From an uncultured Bacteroidales bacterium (GTDB lineage: Bacteria > Bacteroidota > Bacteroidia > Bacteroidales > UBA932): DNA of 64,000 nucleotides. The DNA is taken from NCBI GenBank assembly GCA_947303465.1, contig CAMYYI010000004.1:7903-71902 (forward strand). Reading direction: 5' to 3'. The notes beneath the pieces were generated by a model that was given only the letters and a program-made list of their open reading frames with translations, was not told the DNA's origin and ran no database searches. Each line of letters opens with the position of its first letter. Positions within the stretch are counted from its first letter, which is position 1. Positions 1 through 8,305 of this stretch are shown in pieces. The translations under genes and the position numbers were made by a program.

Positions 1-1360
1 TACCCTTGACCTTGAAGCTCGGGGGGAATGTAAGGGAGAAATCGTACAGCAGATTCTTTTCCTTAAGCTTGTCCAGATTCTTGGGCGTAATCTTCAGCAC
101 GAGCGGCTTGGACTCGTCGATAACGATTCTCTTCACGTCCTTGATACCTTTGGGCAGCGTTGCGCCGTCGAAGCCGTCCAGGGTGATGCTGTCGTTGCGG
201 TTGACAGGATCCGCCTTGATGGCAAGGTCTGCGGAGTCGATGGTGAAGTCGACGAAGCGGACTTCTATCTCAAGCACAACGTCACCGGTGGCCTCGCTGA
301 CCTTGGACTTGGTGGTCTTGGCGCCTGCCACGGAAACGGTTCCGGTTACGGGAATCGTTGCATTCATCGCCAGTTCTCCGGCAAATTCGGTCTTATACAG
401 ACCTGAGATATCGAATGTCTTGGTCTGTTTCCACTTGTTGGAGGGGGACAGCTGCATGCTGCTAAGGTTGATCTTGTTTCCATCCTTGAGCACAAGCAGA
501 CCGCCGAAGTCCAGATCCACATTTGGAGTCATGGTGCCGGCGGTGAAGCAGGCGTTCTTGAGGGAAAGGGAGACCGCCAGTTTGGCATTGGGGTTGGTCT
601 TGATGTTGGAGACCTTGGTCACATTGTCGTCCAGCTTGACTCCGCTGAATCCCAGGTTCACCTGCCTGTTCACGCTCACGTTGGGCAGGATGTTGGCGGG
701 GACCTCTATTTCCATGCTGGAATCCGGAAGCAGTTTGACCGCATCTACGATGGTGGACTGCTTAACGATCTCGGGGCTGCAGGAAACGCTTCCTATGGTT
801 TTCCCGAGGTCCATATTGGCGTTGCCTGAGATTATGTCCTTGTACTGGTCAAGTCCGGCGTGGAAACTCAGGTTTTCTGCGGAAACCGAGATGGGAGTGG
901 GCTTGATGTTCAGCATGTCCATACCGTCGAACTTGACCTTGAGGTCATATTGCTCGCCCTTGATGGAGAAGTTGTCCGCATTGAAATCACCCACATGGTA
1001 GGTGAAGCTCTCGGAGAAATCTATGCCGTCCATAACTGCCATTTCGGCGAGGTTATACTCTGCAAGCTGGTCGTTGAGGTTCATGGAACCGTCGTAGCTG
1101 AGAATGAGCTCTCCGTTCTTGCCTGTGGAGATGAAGTCGTTGACACTTTCTCCGGCACTGTTGATCAGGGTGCCGAGCTGTATCTTCTCAGTACTGCCGA
1201 TGGGTACGGCCAGGCCCTCTTCCAGGACAGTCATCGAGAGGTCGATGTCCGAGGGGTTGATGTTGTCGTAACTCTTGTCCACAGTACAAGCGGTTACCAG
1301 TAGAAGCCCGGTCAGGAATGCCAGAACCGGTGCTGAGTGGCTTTTTTGCACAAAGAACAT
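1..1360 (-). CDS. Large outer-membrane lipoprotein, DUF4621-like (runs off the left edge)
   Basis: Read manually: ATG at 1360 gives MFFVQKSHSAPVLAFLTGLLLVTAC-TVDKSYDNINPSDIDLSMTVLEEGLAVPIGSTEKIQL..., with a lipobox, open to the window edge. The + strand ORFs here are antisense shadows. Confidence 0.7.
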   Translation of the reverse strand, partial: MFFVQKSHSAPVLAFLTGLLLVTACTVDKSYDNINPSDIDLSMTVLEEGLAVPIGSTEKIQLGTLINSAGESVNDFISTGKNGELILSYDGSMNLNDQLAEYNLAEMAVMDGIDFSESFTYHVGDFNADNFSIKGEQYDLKVKFDGMDMLNIKPTPISVSAENLSFHAGLDQYKDIISGNANMDLGKTIGSVSCSPEIVKQSTIVDAVKLLPDSSMEIEVPANILPNVSVNRQVNLGFSGVKLDDNVTKVSNIKTNPNAKLAVSLSLKNACFTAGTMTPNVDLDFGGLLVLKDGNKINLSSMQLSPSNKWKQTKTFDISGLYKTEFAGELAMNATIPVTGTVSVAGAKTTKSKVSEATGDVVLEIEVRFVDFTIDSADLAIKADPVNRNDSITLDGFDGATLPKGIKDVKRIVIDESKPLVLKITPKNLDKLKEKNLLYDFSLTFPPSFKVKG

Positions 1361-1499
1361 AAACGTGTTATTTTTAAGCATTTGTAGTCAATCTAATACA
1401 CCAAGATACAAACATAATAAAAAATAGTGTGTTTTGCAACTCAAACGCCACCTGGCGCCATTCCTTTGCATTTTCTATTGTCTTTTCAAAATTATTGTT

Positions 1500-1507
1500 T
1501 ATTTTTG
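1500..1507 (+). promoter_or_regulatory. Bacteroidetes sigma-A -7 element (TAnnTTTG)
   Basis: TATTTTTG about 35 nt upstream of ATG 1542, in an AT-rich divergent intergenic region. Confidence 0.5.
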
Positions 1508-1541
1508 TTGGGTTGAAACAACTTTTTTAACTATAACAATT

Positions 1542-1964
1542 ATGAAAAAATTAGTTCTTTCCCTCATTGCAGTCCTGGCAATCGCTTTCTCTGCAAACGC
1601 AGCCAACTACAAGGTTGACAACAACGCTATCGACAACATCATCGAGAACGCCACCGAGGTTGTGACCCTCGACGTCAACACCCCTGCTGCAAGCCTTCCC
1701 ACTTTCGCTCCCAAGAAAGCAGGAGAGGTCAACATCACCACAGCATTCCTTCTGAGCTGGCTCGTTGGCGTATTCGGCGTACATCGTCACTACATGGGCA
1801 CCAGCGGCTGGATGTGGCTTATCTACACCATCACCGGTGGCGGTCTTGGAATTGTTTACGCTGTTGACACCATTCTCCTGTTCCTGGATCTTATTAAGGT
1901 GGGCGAAGGCGGCTATCTTAAGAAGTACATCAACAACGAGAAATTCATTGTGTGGCTCGGCTAA
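1542..1964 (+). CDS. TM2-domain membrane protein with signal peptide
   Basis: MKKLVLSLIAVLAIAFSANA signal; TM2 motif AFLLSWLVGVFGVHRHYMG...IYTITGGGLGI. Confidence 0.8.
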   Translation: MKKLVLSLIAVLAIAFSANAANYKVDNNAIDNIIENATEVVTLDVNTPAASLPTFAPKKAGEVNITTAFLLSWLVGVFGVHRHYMGTSGWMWLIYTITGGGLGIVYAVDTILLFLDLIKVGEGGYLKKYINNEKFIVWLG

Positions 1965-2662
1965 TCGTTAAGTCGTACATATTACCGCTGCTGCTTTGTC
2001 TTGTTACACTGCCGGCCGGCGCCCAGCGCAAAGTCTCGGCAGACGTAGAAATCAAGACGGTAACCAACGGTCAACTGACAACTGTCACCAAAAGCGTCTA
2101 TTGTACCAACAATGGACGCTTGGTGACTTTATTCCACAAGCCTTATTCTTACTATGTGGTGTCCAACACAAAAGGCGAGATCCTGGTATATCGCCCGGAC
2201 ACCAACGAGGTCTTTCCGCAGACCGATAAGTCGCTGAGTTCCAACACCGATCTGATATTCCTGTTCATGCAGGGACGCATAGACGACCTTGGGCTCGGTT
2301 ATTTCGGATACAAGGTCACCAATACCACCCGCGACGAGGGCTTCATAAAGAAAACCTTCACTCCTTCCGATACACAGATGCCGACGGTCGACGTTGTGTA
2401 CGAGGATTATCTGCCCATTTATTGCGAATACAAGAGCATGGGCGGCAAGCTTCTGAGCAAGAAGTACTTATCTGACTATAAGCGGTTCGGCCGCTTTATG
2501 TTCCCCTGCCGGTCAACCGATATAGTTTACGGAGAAAAGCGCGACTCGGCCGTAACCCGTGAGCTTTATTCCAACCTGCAGATAGACGTCGACAATCCGT
2601 TGTTCGACTTCCAGGTGCCGGCCGATGCCAAGCGCATGCAGGTTGAGGAACCAAAGAAATGA
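1952..2662 (+). CDS. Secreted LolA-like (lipoprotein carrier fold) protein
   Basis: Signal peptide, beta-rich body, C-terminal YSNLQIDVDNPLFDFQVPADA resembling LolA-family ends; GTG start uncertain. Confidence 0.5.
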   Translation: MARLIVKSYILPLLLCLVTLPAGAQRKVSADVEIKTVTNGQLTTVTKSVYCTNNGRLVTLFHKPYSYYVVSNTKGEILVYRPDTNEVFPQTDKSLSSNTDLIFLFMQGRIDDLGLGYFGYKVTNTTRDEGFIKKTFTPSDTQMPTVDVVYEDYLPIYCEYKSMGGKLLSKKYLSDYKRFGRFMFPCRSTDIVYGEKRDSAVTRELYSNLQIDVDNPLFDFQVPADAKRMQVEEPKK

Positions 2663-3900
2663 GACGCGCCGCTCTCATCTTCGTCCTGCTGCAGGCAATC
2701 CTTTTTCCATCGAATGCACAAAACGACGTCCGGCTCATGCTGGATGCCGATTTTTCTTCTATCCTCATACGTGAGCAGGCACCGGCGGGCGCCAATGGGT
2801 GCGAAAAGGCGTCGTATGAGATTTACAAGCAGCTTACCGGTCGCGATTTCTACGACCCGCCGAACTATATGTTCCTGCGGCAGGCCGTAGATACCATAGG
2901 TTTCTTCCCTGCCGTGCTTGCAACTCTGGACCGCATCGTGCGCGACAGCAAGATAGGAACGGCAACGGTAATGCTCGACCCCGACGATCCCGTGATTCAC
3001 GAGGGGCCGGAGGCCTATTTATGGAGGCGCGCCGGGGCTGGGCGTCCGATGGTCAGGAGGGCTGCGACGGCAGCCGCGAGAATGGACGTAGCCGGTGCCT
3101 TGGCCGGCGGACGCTCAGCCCCGGCGCGCTGGGTGTCGAAAGACTTCGATTTCGTAGAATACCTGATTGACAACGAGCTTAAAACGGATGCCCGCGCACT
3201 GCTGTTCCAGGACTACAATCCGTCCGACACCCTTACCTTCCTTCGCGGCTGGACCCTCTATCAGCTTAAGGACCTGGAGCCGGCATACGGCTATTTGAGG
3301 GCGGTGCCGTCGTCCTCGGCTTTCTTTGAGAAGTCGCTTTTTTATTCCACGGCGGTTTCTGCCCATCTGGGCGACTACAACACGCCTGTGGCGCCGCTGG
3401 AGTCGTATTCCGGGCGTTATTCCGAGCTTAAGGACATGCAGCTTGCGGGCCTTGCCCTGCTGAGGGACGACCCCTCCGGTTACAAGAAGTCGTCCGCCTC
3501 TTTCGGCTATTCGGACTTCGCCATCGCCGATGCGGAGCGCAAGCTGGACCAGATATACAGGCAACGCTACGAAGACAAATCCAAGAGTCCGCTTCTGGCC
3601 GCCGCCGCATCTGCAGTGGTGCCCGGTTTGGGCAAGATCTACGCCGGCAACATAGGGGAGGGCATAGCCTCCTTCCTTATTGTGGGAGCGCTCGGCGCCA
3701 TAACGGCGGAACACTGGGTCAAAGACGGCCCGCAGAACTGGAAGACCATAGTTCCCGGCATAGCCTGCGCGGGATTCTACATAGGAAACATTTACGGCAG
3801 CTACATGTCCGTAAGCATAGTAAACAACGATATACGAAATGCTCAGAACACGACTGTTTTGTACAATATCCATATTCCTCTGCGCTCTGTATTCAAGTAG
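2659..3900 (+). CDS. Hypothetical protein: degenerate YidD-like N-domain + TPR-like region + C-terminal membrane domain
   Basis: ATGA-coupled to the upstream gene; C-terminal KSPLLAAAASAVVPGLGKIYAG motif followed by hydrophobic helices; helical repeat middle. Confidence 0.55.
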   Translation: MRRAALIFVLLQAILFPSNAQNDVRLMLDADFSSILIREQAPAGANGCEKASYEIYKQLTGRDFYDPPNYMFLRQAVDTIGFFPAVLATLDRIVRDSKIGTATVMLDPDDPVIHEGPEAYLWRRAGAGRPMVRRAATAAARMDVAGALAGGRSAPARWVSKDFDFVEYLIDNELKTDARALLFQDYNPSDTLTFLRGWTLYQLKDLEPAYGYLRAVPSSSAFFEKSLFYSTAVSAHLGDYNTPVAPLESYSGRYSELKDMQLAGLALLRDDPSGYKKSSASFGYSDFAIADAERKLDQIYRQRYEDKSKSPLLAAAASAVVPGLGKIYAGNIGEGIASFLIVGALGAITAEHWVKDGPQNWKTIVPGIACAGFYIGNIYGSYMSVSIVNNDIRNAQNTTVLYNIHIPLRSVFK

Positions 3901-4624
3901 CGCGCAGAGCCTGGAGTCGCAAGCCGTCGCGTATGAGCGCATCATATACGACGGAGCTCCGCTTCAGGAGGTGAACGAGGCGCTGGTTGCCAAGGCAGAC
4001 TGCTACCAGCAGCTCGGTCGCTATAAAGAAGCAGCTGCGACTCTCGGCAGGGTACGTATGTTCGCCCTTGAGCCGGAGGAGCGTACAAGGGTGATGTACA
4101 AACAGGAGCTGTGCTGGTACCTGTCCGGAGATTTCGCCCAGGCTGCGTCTGTGGTAAGCGAGGTGGAGGCGGACAGCGACGAGATTCTGTTGCTGCACGC
4201 GCTTGTGCTGGCCTATGCCGGGCGATATGACGAGTCTGAACTGTACGCGGCCCGATACATCAGCAGGGACGGCGAAAGCCCTCATCTGGCGGCGCTTCTT
4301 AAGTTGTACGAGGGACATCCGCAGCCAAGGCGGGAGACTGCTTCCATGCTGCTCTCGCTGCTGCCGCCGGCAGGGCATATCTATAACGGTGCCTGCGGGG
4401 AAGGTCTGCTGTCGGCGGGCCTGAACGCTGGGTCCATAGCCTTTACCGTAGCAAATCTGCTTGGCGGATACTGGATTACCGGGATAGTGGGAGGCGCCAT
4501 CGCGCTCAATTATACCGTCATGGGAAACCAGGAGCGCAATATTGCGCTGGTGCAGAAGTACAATCACAATTCGCCCATAGAGTTCGGAGACAAGCTCCGG
4601 AGGTTCCTGATGGAGCTGGAGTAG
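3839..4624 (+). CDS. TPR-containing membrane protein
   Basis: TPR-like ALVAKADCYQQLGRYKEAAATL; C-terminal LLSLLPPAGHIYNG related to the motif in the upstream gene. Confidence 0.6.
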   Translation: MLRTRLFCTISIFLCALYSSSAQSLESQAVAYERIIYDGAPLQEVNEALVAKADCYQQLGRYKEAAATLGRVRMFALEPEERTRVMYKQELCWYLSGDFAQAASVVSEVEADSDEILLLHALVLAYAGRYDESELYAARYISRDGESPHLAALLKLYEGHPQPRRETASMLLSLLPPAGHIYNGACGEGLLSAGLNAGSIAFTVANLLGGYWITGIVGGAIALNYTVMGNQERNIALVQKYNHNSPIEFGDKLRRFLMELE

Positions 4625-4700
4625 ATCCTTCGTCGCTTCGCTCCTCAGGATGACAAAGCAGCAGGATGACATGTCATTCTGAGCGCAGCGAAGAATCTAC
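4621..4700. repeat. REP-like palindromic doublet (GTAG-footed)
   Basis: GTAGATCCTTCG...CGAAGAATCTAC terminal inverted repeats; core TGTCATTCTGAGCGCAGCGAAGAATCT; lies between convergent genes. Confidence 0.8.
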
Positions 4701-4714
4701 CAGCAGCGAAAAAT

Positions 4715-5512
4715 CTAAACCTCCACCCAGTGGATGCGGATGCCGCTACGTTCCATCCCGCGGAACCAGGTCATCTGGCGCTTGGCGAACTGATGTATGG
4801 CGATGGCCAGATGCTCCCGCATGGCGGCGTAGTCCATCTGCCCGGTAAGATACAATGTAACAAACTTGTATTCAAGACCATAGCTTATAAGGACCTCGGC
4901 CGGCACCCCGGAAGCCAGCAGGCCTCGTATCTCCTCCACCATACCCTCCTGAAGGCGCGCATCCAGTCGCGCGTCTATACGCTTGTTGCGAACTTCCCTC
5001 GAGACCAGCGTCCCTATGTAAAAAGTCCTGGGCGCATCTGCGACTGGCCCTTGCGGTACGGCGCTCAGCGGTTTGCGCTCTTTAAAATCGTACCCTCCCG
5101 TGACTGCGCTGATGTACAGCCCTGTGCCGCCGCATAGTATGGGGATGCCACCGCGCGAACGAATGTCGTTGAACGCCCTGAAAAAGTCTTCCCGGAAGCG
5201 GTACACGTTGTACTGGGTGCCCGGTTCGGCGATATCAATCAAGTGATAGGGAACCTCGCCGTATTCTGCCAGATCCTTTCCGGTACCTATGTCCATGCGT
5301 CGGTACACCTGGCGGGAATCGGCGGAAATAATCTCCGAACGGCTGCCAAGGGCGCGGGCAAGCTGCACGGCATAGCGTGTCTTGCCGGAGGCCGTAGGAC
5401 CCAGCACGCACACCAGCTCCACGGAACCGTCTTCCAGTTCCCGCCGCAGGGCGCCCAGGTCTATCTGCTCCGGTTCGGGCAGTGCCGCTATTAGATTCTT
5501 AACCTTTGGCAT
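4715..5512 (-). CDS. miaA: tRNA dimethylallyltransferase (short variant)
   Basis: GPTASGKT, ISADSRQVYRRMDIGTGK, GGTGLY, FAKRQMTWFR. Confidence 0.9.
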   Translation of the reverse strand: MPKVKNLIAALPEPEQIDLGALRRELEDGSVELVCVLGPTASGKTRYAVQLARALGSRSEIISADSRQVYRRMDIGTGKDLAEYGEVPYHLIDIAEPGTQYNVYRFREDFFRAFNDIRSRGGIPILCGGTGLYISAVTGGYDFKERKPLSAVPQGPVADAPRTFYIGTLVSREVRNKRIDARLDARLQEGMVEEIRGLLASGVPAEVLISYGLEYKFVTLYLTGQMDYAAMREHLAIAIHQFAKRQMTWFRGMERSGIRIHWVEV

Positions 5513-6140
5513 TTTTTGCAAAATATGCGCACCACGGCGTCAGGCCGCACTCCCCGCATTTGGGAGAACGGGCAGTGCAGACATAACGTCCATGGAGAAT
5601 GAGCCAGTGATGGGCGGTGGCGCGGTGCTCCGGGGCTATGTGCTTTTCCAGATCCCTCTCCACATCGTACGGAGTCTTGCCGCGGGACAGCCCCAGGCGG
5701 TGGCTGATACGGTAAACATGGGTGTCAACAGCAATGACGGGCTCATCGAAAATGATGGAAGCGACCACGTTGGCGGTCTTGCGTCCTACTCCCGGGAGGG
5801 TCATCAGCTGCTCTACCTGACCCGGCACTTCACCCCCGAAAACCTCGCACAGCTTGCGCCCCAGGGCCTGCAGGTGGCGAGCCTTGCTGTTGGGATAGGA
5901 GACGCTGCGTATCAGCTCCAGGATGTCCTCTACGGGTGCGGCTCCCAGTGCGGCAGGAGTAGGGTAGCGGCGGAAGAGTTCCGGAGTAACCATGTTCACG
6001 CGTTTGTCTGTGCATTGGGCGGACAGCACTACGGACACTATCAGCTGATAAGGGTCCGAAAACACCAGTTCGCTCTGCGCCACCGGTACGTTTTCAAGGA
6101 ACCACGAAACTATTCCGGAATATCTTTCTTTCAGCGTCAT
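5499..6140 (-). CDS. nth: Endonuclease III
   Basis: LSAQCTDKRVN, LPGVGRKTANV, VDTHVYR, 4Fe-4S motif CTARSPKCGECGLTPWC. Confidence 0.95.
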   Translation of the reverse strand: MTLKERYSGIVSWFLENVPVAQSELVFSDPYQLIVSVVLSAQCTDKRVNMVTPELFRRYPTPAALGAAPVEDILELIRSVSYPNSKARHLQALGRKLCEVFGGEVPGQVEQLMTLPGVGRKTANVVASIIFDEPVIAVDTHVYRISHRLGLSRGKTPYDVERDLEKHIAPEHRATAHHWLILHGRYVCTARSPKCGECGLTPWCAYFAKNAKG

Positions 6141-6152
6141 AGAGGGCGGGTT

Positions 6153-6962
6153 TTATTTGGGCAGTCCGAATGCTTCCGACATTTCCTTCAGCTGCGCGTC
6201 GCTCATGCCCTCGGGCTCGAAGCCCATTCCGCGTGCTGCAATATAGATCTGTGCCGCCTTATTGAGCACGTCAACCTGGTCGAAGGCGTCCATGATGTCC
6301 GTATCCACGGCAAACACTCCGTGCTTCTCCCACATCACCACGTCGTAATCTTCGTCCAGGGTACGTATGGTGGCGTCTGCCAGTTCCACGCTGGACGGCA
6401 TCATGTACGGTACCATTCCCAGGCCGCGCGGGCAGAAGGCCTTGGTCTCCGGTATCATGGACCACAGCATGCGGGTGGCGACGTCCTTCTCTATCCACTT
6501 GCGGCTGTGGGTAAGTGCCACGAGTTCAATGGGATGCGTGTGGAGCGAAGCGCGGTATTGCGAGCCCTTTGCCAGCAGGTAATCGTGTACGGCGAGGTGT
6601 GAAGGGAGCTCTGATGTGGGCGCCACAGGGGCGTCGGCGACTATCTCGTAATGGGCGCAGTCGTCAGTGATGCGTATTATGGAGCCGTTTTCCATGGGCC
6701 GGCGGGCGAGATCCCTCATGCGCTTGCCGGTGCCCTTGCAGTAGAACCAGCAGCCCTTGAGGTGCGGCAGCGTCTTGCCTATCGGCCGTGCCCCGCATAT
6801 CGCCGGCAAGGCCCTCATGGCGTCATTCACATATTCGGTAACATTTACCGTTATGTTTCCGCCGTTTCGTTCCGCCCAGCCCTTGGCCCACAGCAGACCG
6901 GCCACTTCGGCCACCTTGTCCACCTCTGCCTTCAGTCCTTTATTGTTGTCCAGAATGCTCAT
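6153..6962 (-). CDS. rhaD: Rhamnulose-1-phosphate aldolase
   Basis: GWAERNGGN, PTSELPSH, HTHP, WEKHG; start placed at MSILDNN because the longer ORF begins inside a REP. Confidence 0.92.
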   Translation of the reverse strand: MSILDNNKGLKAEVDKVAEVAGLLWAKGWAERNGGNITVNVTEYVNDAMRALPAICGARPIGKTLPHLKGCWFYCKGTGKRMRDLARRPMENGSIIRITDDCAHYEIVADAPVAPTSELPSHLAVHDYLLAKGSQYRASLHTHPIELVALTHSRKWIEKDVATRMLWSMIPETKAFCPRGLGMVPYMMPSSVELADATIRTLDEDYDVVMWEKHGVFAVDTDIMDAFDQVDVLNKAAQIYIAARGMGFEPEGMSDAQLKEMSEAFGLPK

Positions 6963-6967
6963 ATATG

Positions 6968-7058
6968 TTAGATTTTTCACTCGCTTCGCTCGTTCAAAAT
7001 GACAGAAAGTGTCATCCTGAGGCCGTTTCTGTCATCCTGAGCGCAGCGAAGGATCTAC
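6968..7058. repeat. REP-like palindromic doublet, same family as 4621-4700
   Basis: TTAGATTTTTCACTCGCTTCGCTCGTTCAAAATGACA...TGTCATCCTGAGCGCAGCGAAGGATCTAC. Confidence 0.8.
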
Positions 7059-8305
7059 CTCCTGCTCGTCACCTCCCTCTCGTACCTCTCGATTTCCGGA
7101 ATGAACTCCTCCCCGACAGGCACCCCGTTCTTGTAGTTGAACCAGTCGAACACGGCACCGAAGGGGAGGGTCTTGGCCTCTTCCAGTAGCGCCAGACGCT
7201 GGAATCCCTTGCCGGCATCCTCATACTCTCGCAGCTTCGCGAGCGGCTCCAGAAGCGCGCTCAGCAGGCATTTCTGGGTGGCGCGCGTGCCAATTACATA
7301 AGCGCCTATGCGGTTGATGGCGGCGTCGAAGTAGTCCAGGCCTATGTGGGCCCTGCCCAGGGCGTCTGCACGCACAATCTCCTTGAAAAGGTCCAGGATC
7401 TGGTCGTTCATGATGGTCACGTGGTCAGAGTCCCAGCGGATGGGGCGGCTGACGTGAAGCATGAGTTCCGGCACGAACAGCAGCAGCGACGCCACCATGT
7501 CGGCCACGTTTTCGGTCATCTCGTAATGGCCGGTATCGAGGGTGTACATCAGCTTGCGGGTGGCGCAGTAGCCGGCCACAAAGTCGTGGGAGCCAACGGT
7601 ATAGCTCTCCAGCCCTATGCCGAAGAGCTTGGCCTCCAGGCAGGTCTTCATGTGCGGAAGCTCCTCCTTAAGAATCTCGTCCAGGGAGGCTGCGAATATT
7701 TCGCGGTAGCGCTTGCGCTCCACGGTCTGGTCCTTGCTTCCGTCATGCACCCAGATGTTCATGATGCAAGGGTCTCCCTGCGCCTTTCCCATTGCGTCTG
7801 CAATGCGCCTGCAGCGCTTGGTATGCTCGATCCAGAATTCCCTTATCGACGGATCCGGGTTGCTCAGCGAGAGGTCTCCGCTTTTGGGGTGGGAGAAGGA
7901 AGTTGAGTTGAAATCCAGCTTCATGCCGTTCTCGCGTGCCCACTGTATCCAGCTCGCAAAGTGCTCAGGGCCAACCTGGTCACGCTCTACGAACTTGCCG
8001 CCGAAGTCGCCGTAGATCTCGTGCAGGTTCAGGCGGTGGCTGCCTGCGATGAGGCTTTTGGCAAAGAGTACGTCCTTGCGCACCTCGTCTATGTTGCGAG
8101 CTCGCCCGGGATAGTTTCCCGTGGTCTGTATTCCGCCGGAGAGGGCCTGGTTGCGTTCAAAGCCCACCACATCGTCGGTCTGCCAGCAGTGCAGCGAAAT
8201 GGGGGTGCGTTCCAATGTCTCTATGGCTTTGTCTGTGTCCACACCCAGCGCTGCATAGCGCTCGCGGGCTATGTCGTAGGACTGAATGATTCTGGCTTCT
8301 TTCAT
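7055..8305 (-). CDS. rhaA: L-rhamnose isomerase
   Basis: ISLHCWQTDDVVGFE, GGIQTTGNYPGRAR, KLFGIGLESYTVGSH, HVSRPIRWDSDH. Confidence 0.95.
   Translation of the reverse strand: MKEARIIQSYDIARERYAALGVDTDKAIETLERTPISLHCWQTDDVVGFERNQALSGGIQTTGNYPGRARNIDEVRKDVLFAKSLIAGSHRLNLHEIYGDFGGKFVERDQVGPEHFASWIQWARENGMKLDFNSTSFSHPKSGDLSLSNPDPSIREFWIEHTKRCRRIADAMGKAQGDPCIMNIWVHDGSKDQTVERKRYREIFAASLDEILKEELPHMKTCLEAKLFGIGLESYTVGSHDFVAGYCATRKLMYTLDTGHYEMTENVADMVASLLLFVPELMLHVSRPIRWDSDHVTIMNDQILDLFKEIVRADALGRAHIGLDYFDAAINRIGAYVIGTRATQKCLLSALLEPLAKLREYEDAGKGFQRLALLEEAKTLPFGAVFDWFNYKNGVPVGEEFIPEIERYEREVTSRR

Noticed and set aside
6..1303. Long + strand ORFs (331 aa, 147 aa)
   Set aside because: Antisense shadows of the minus-strand lipoprotein gene, which the track missed because it lacks a stop in the window
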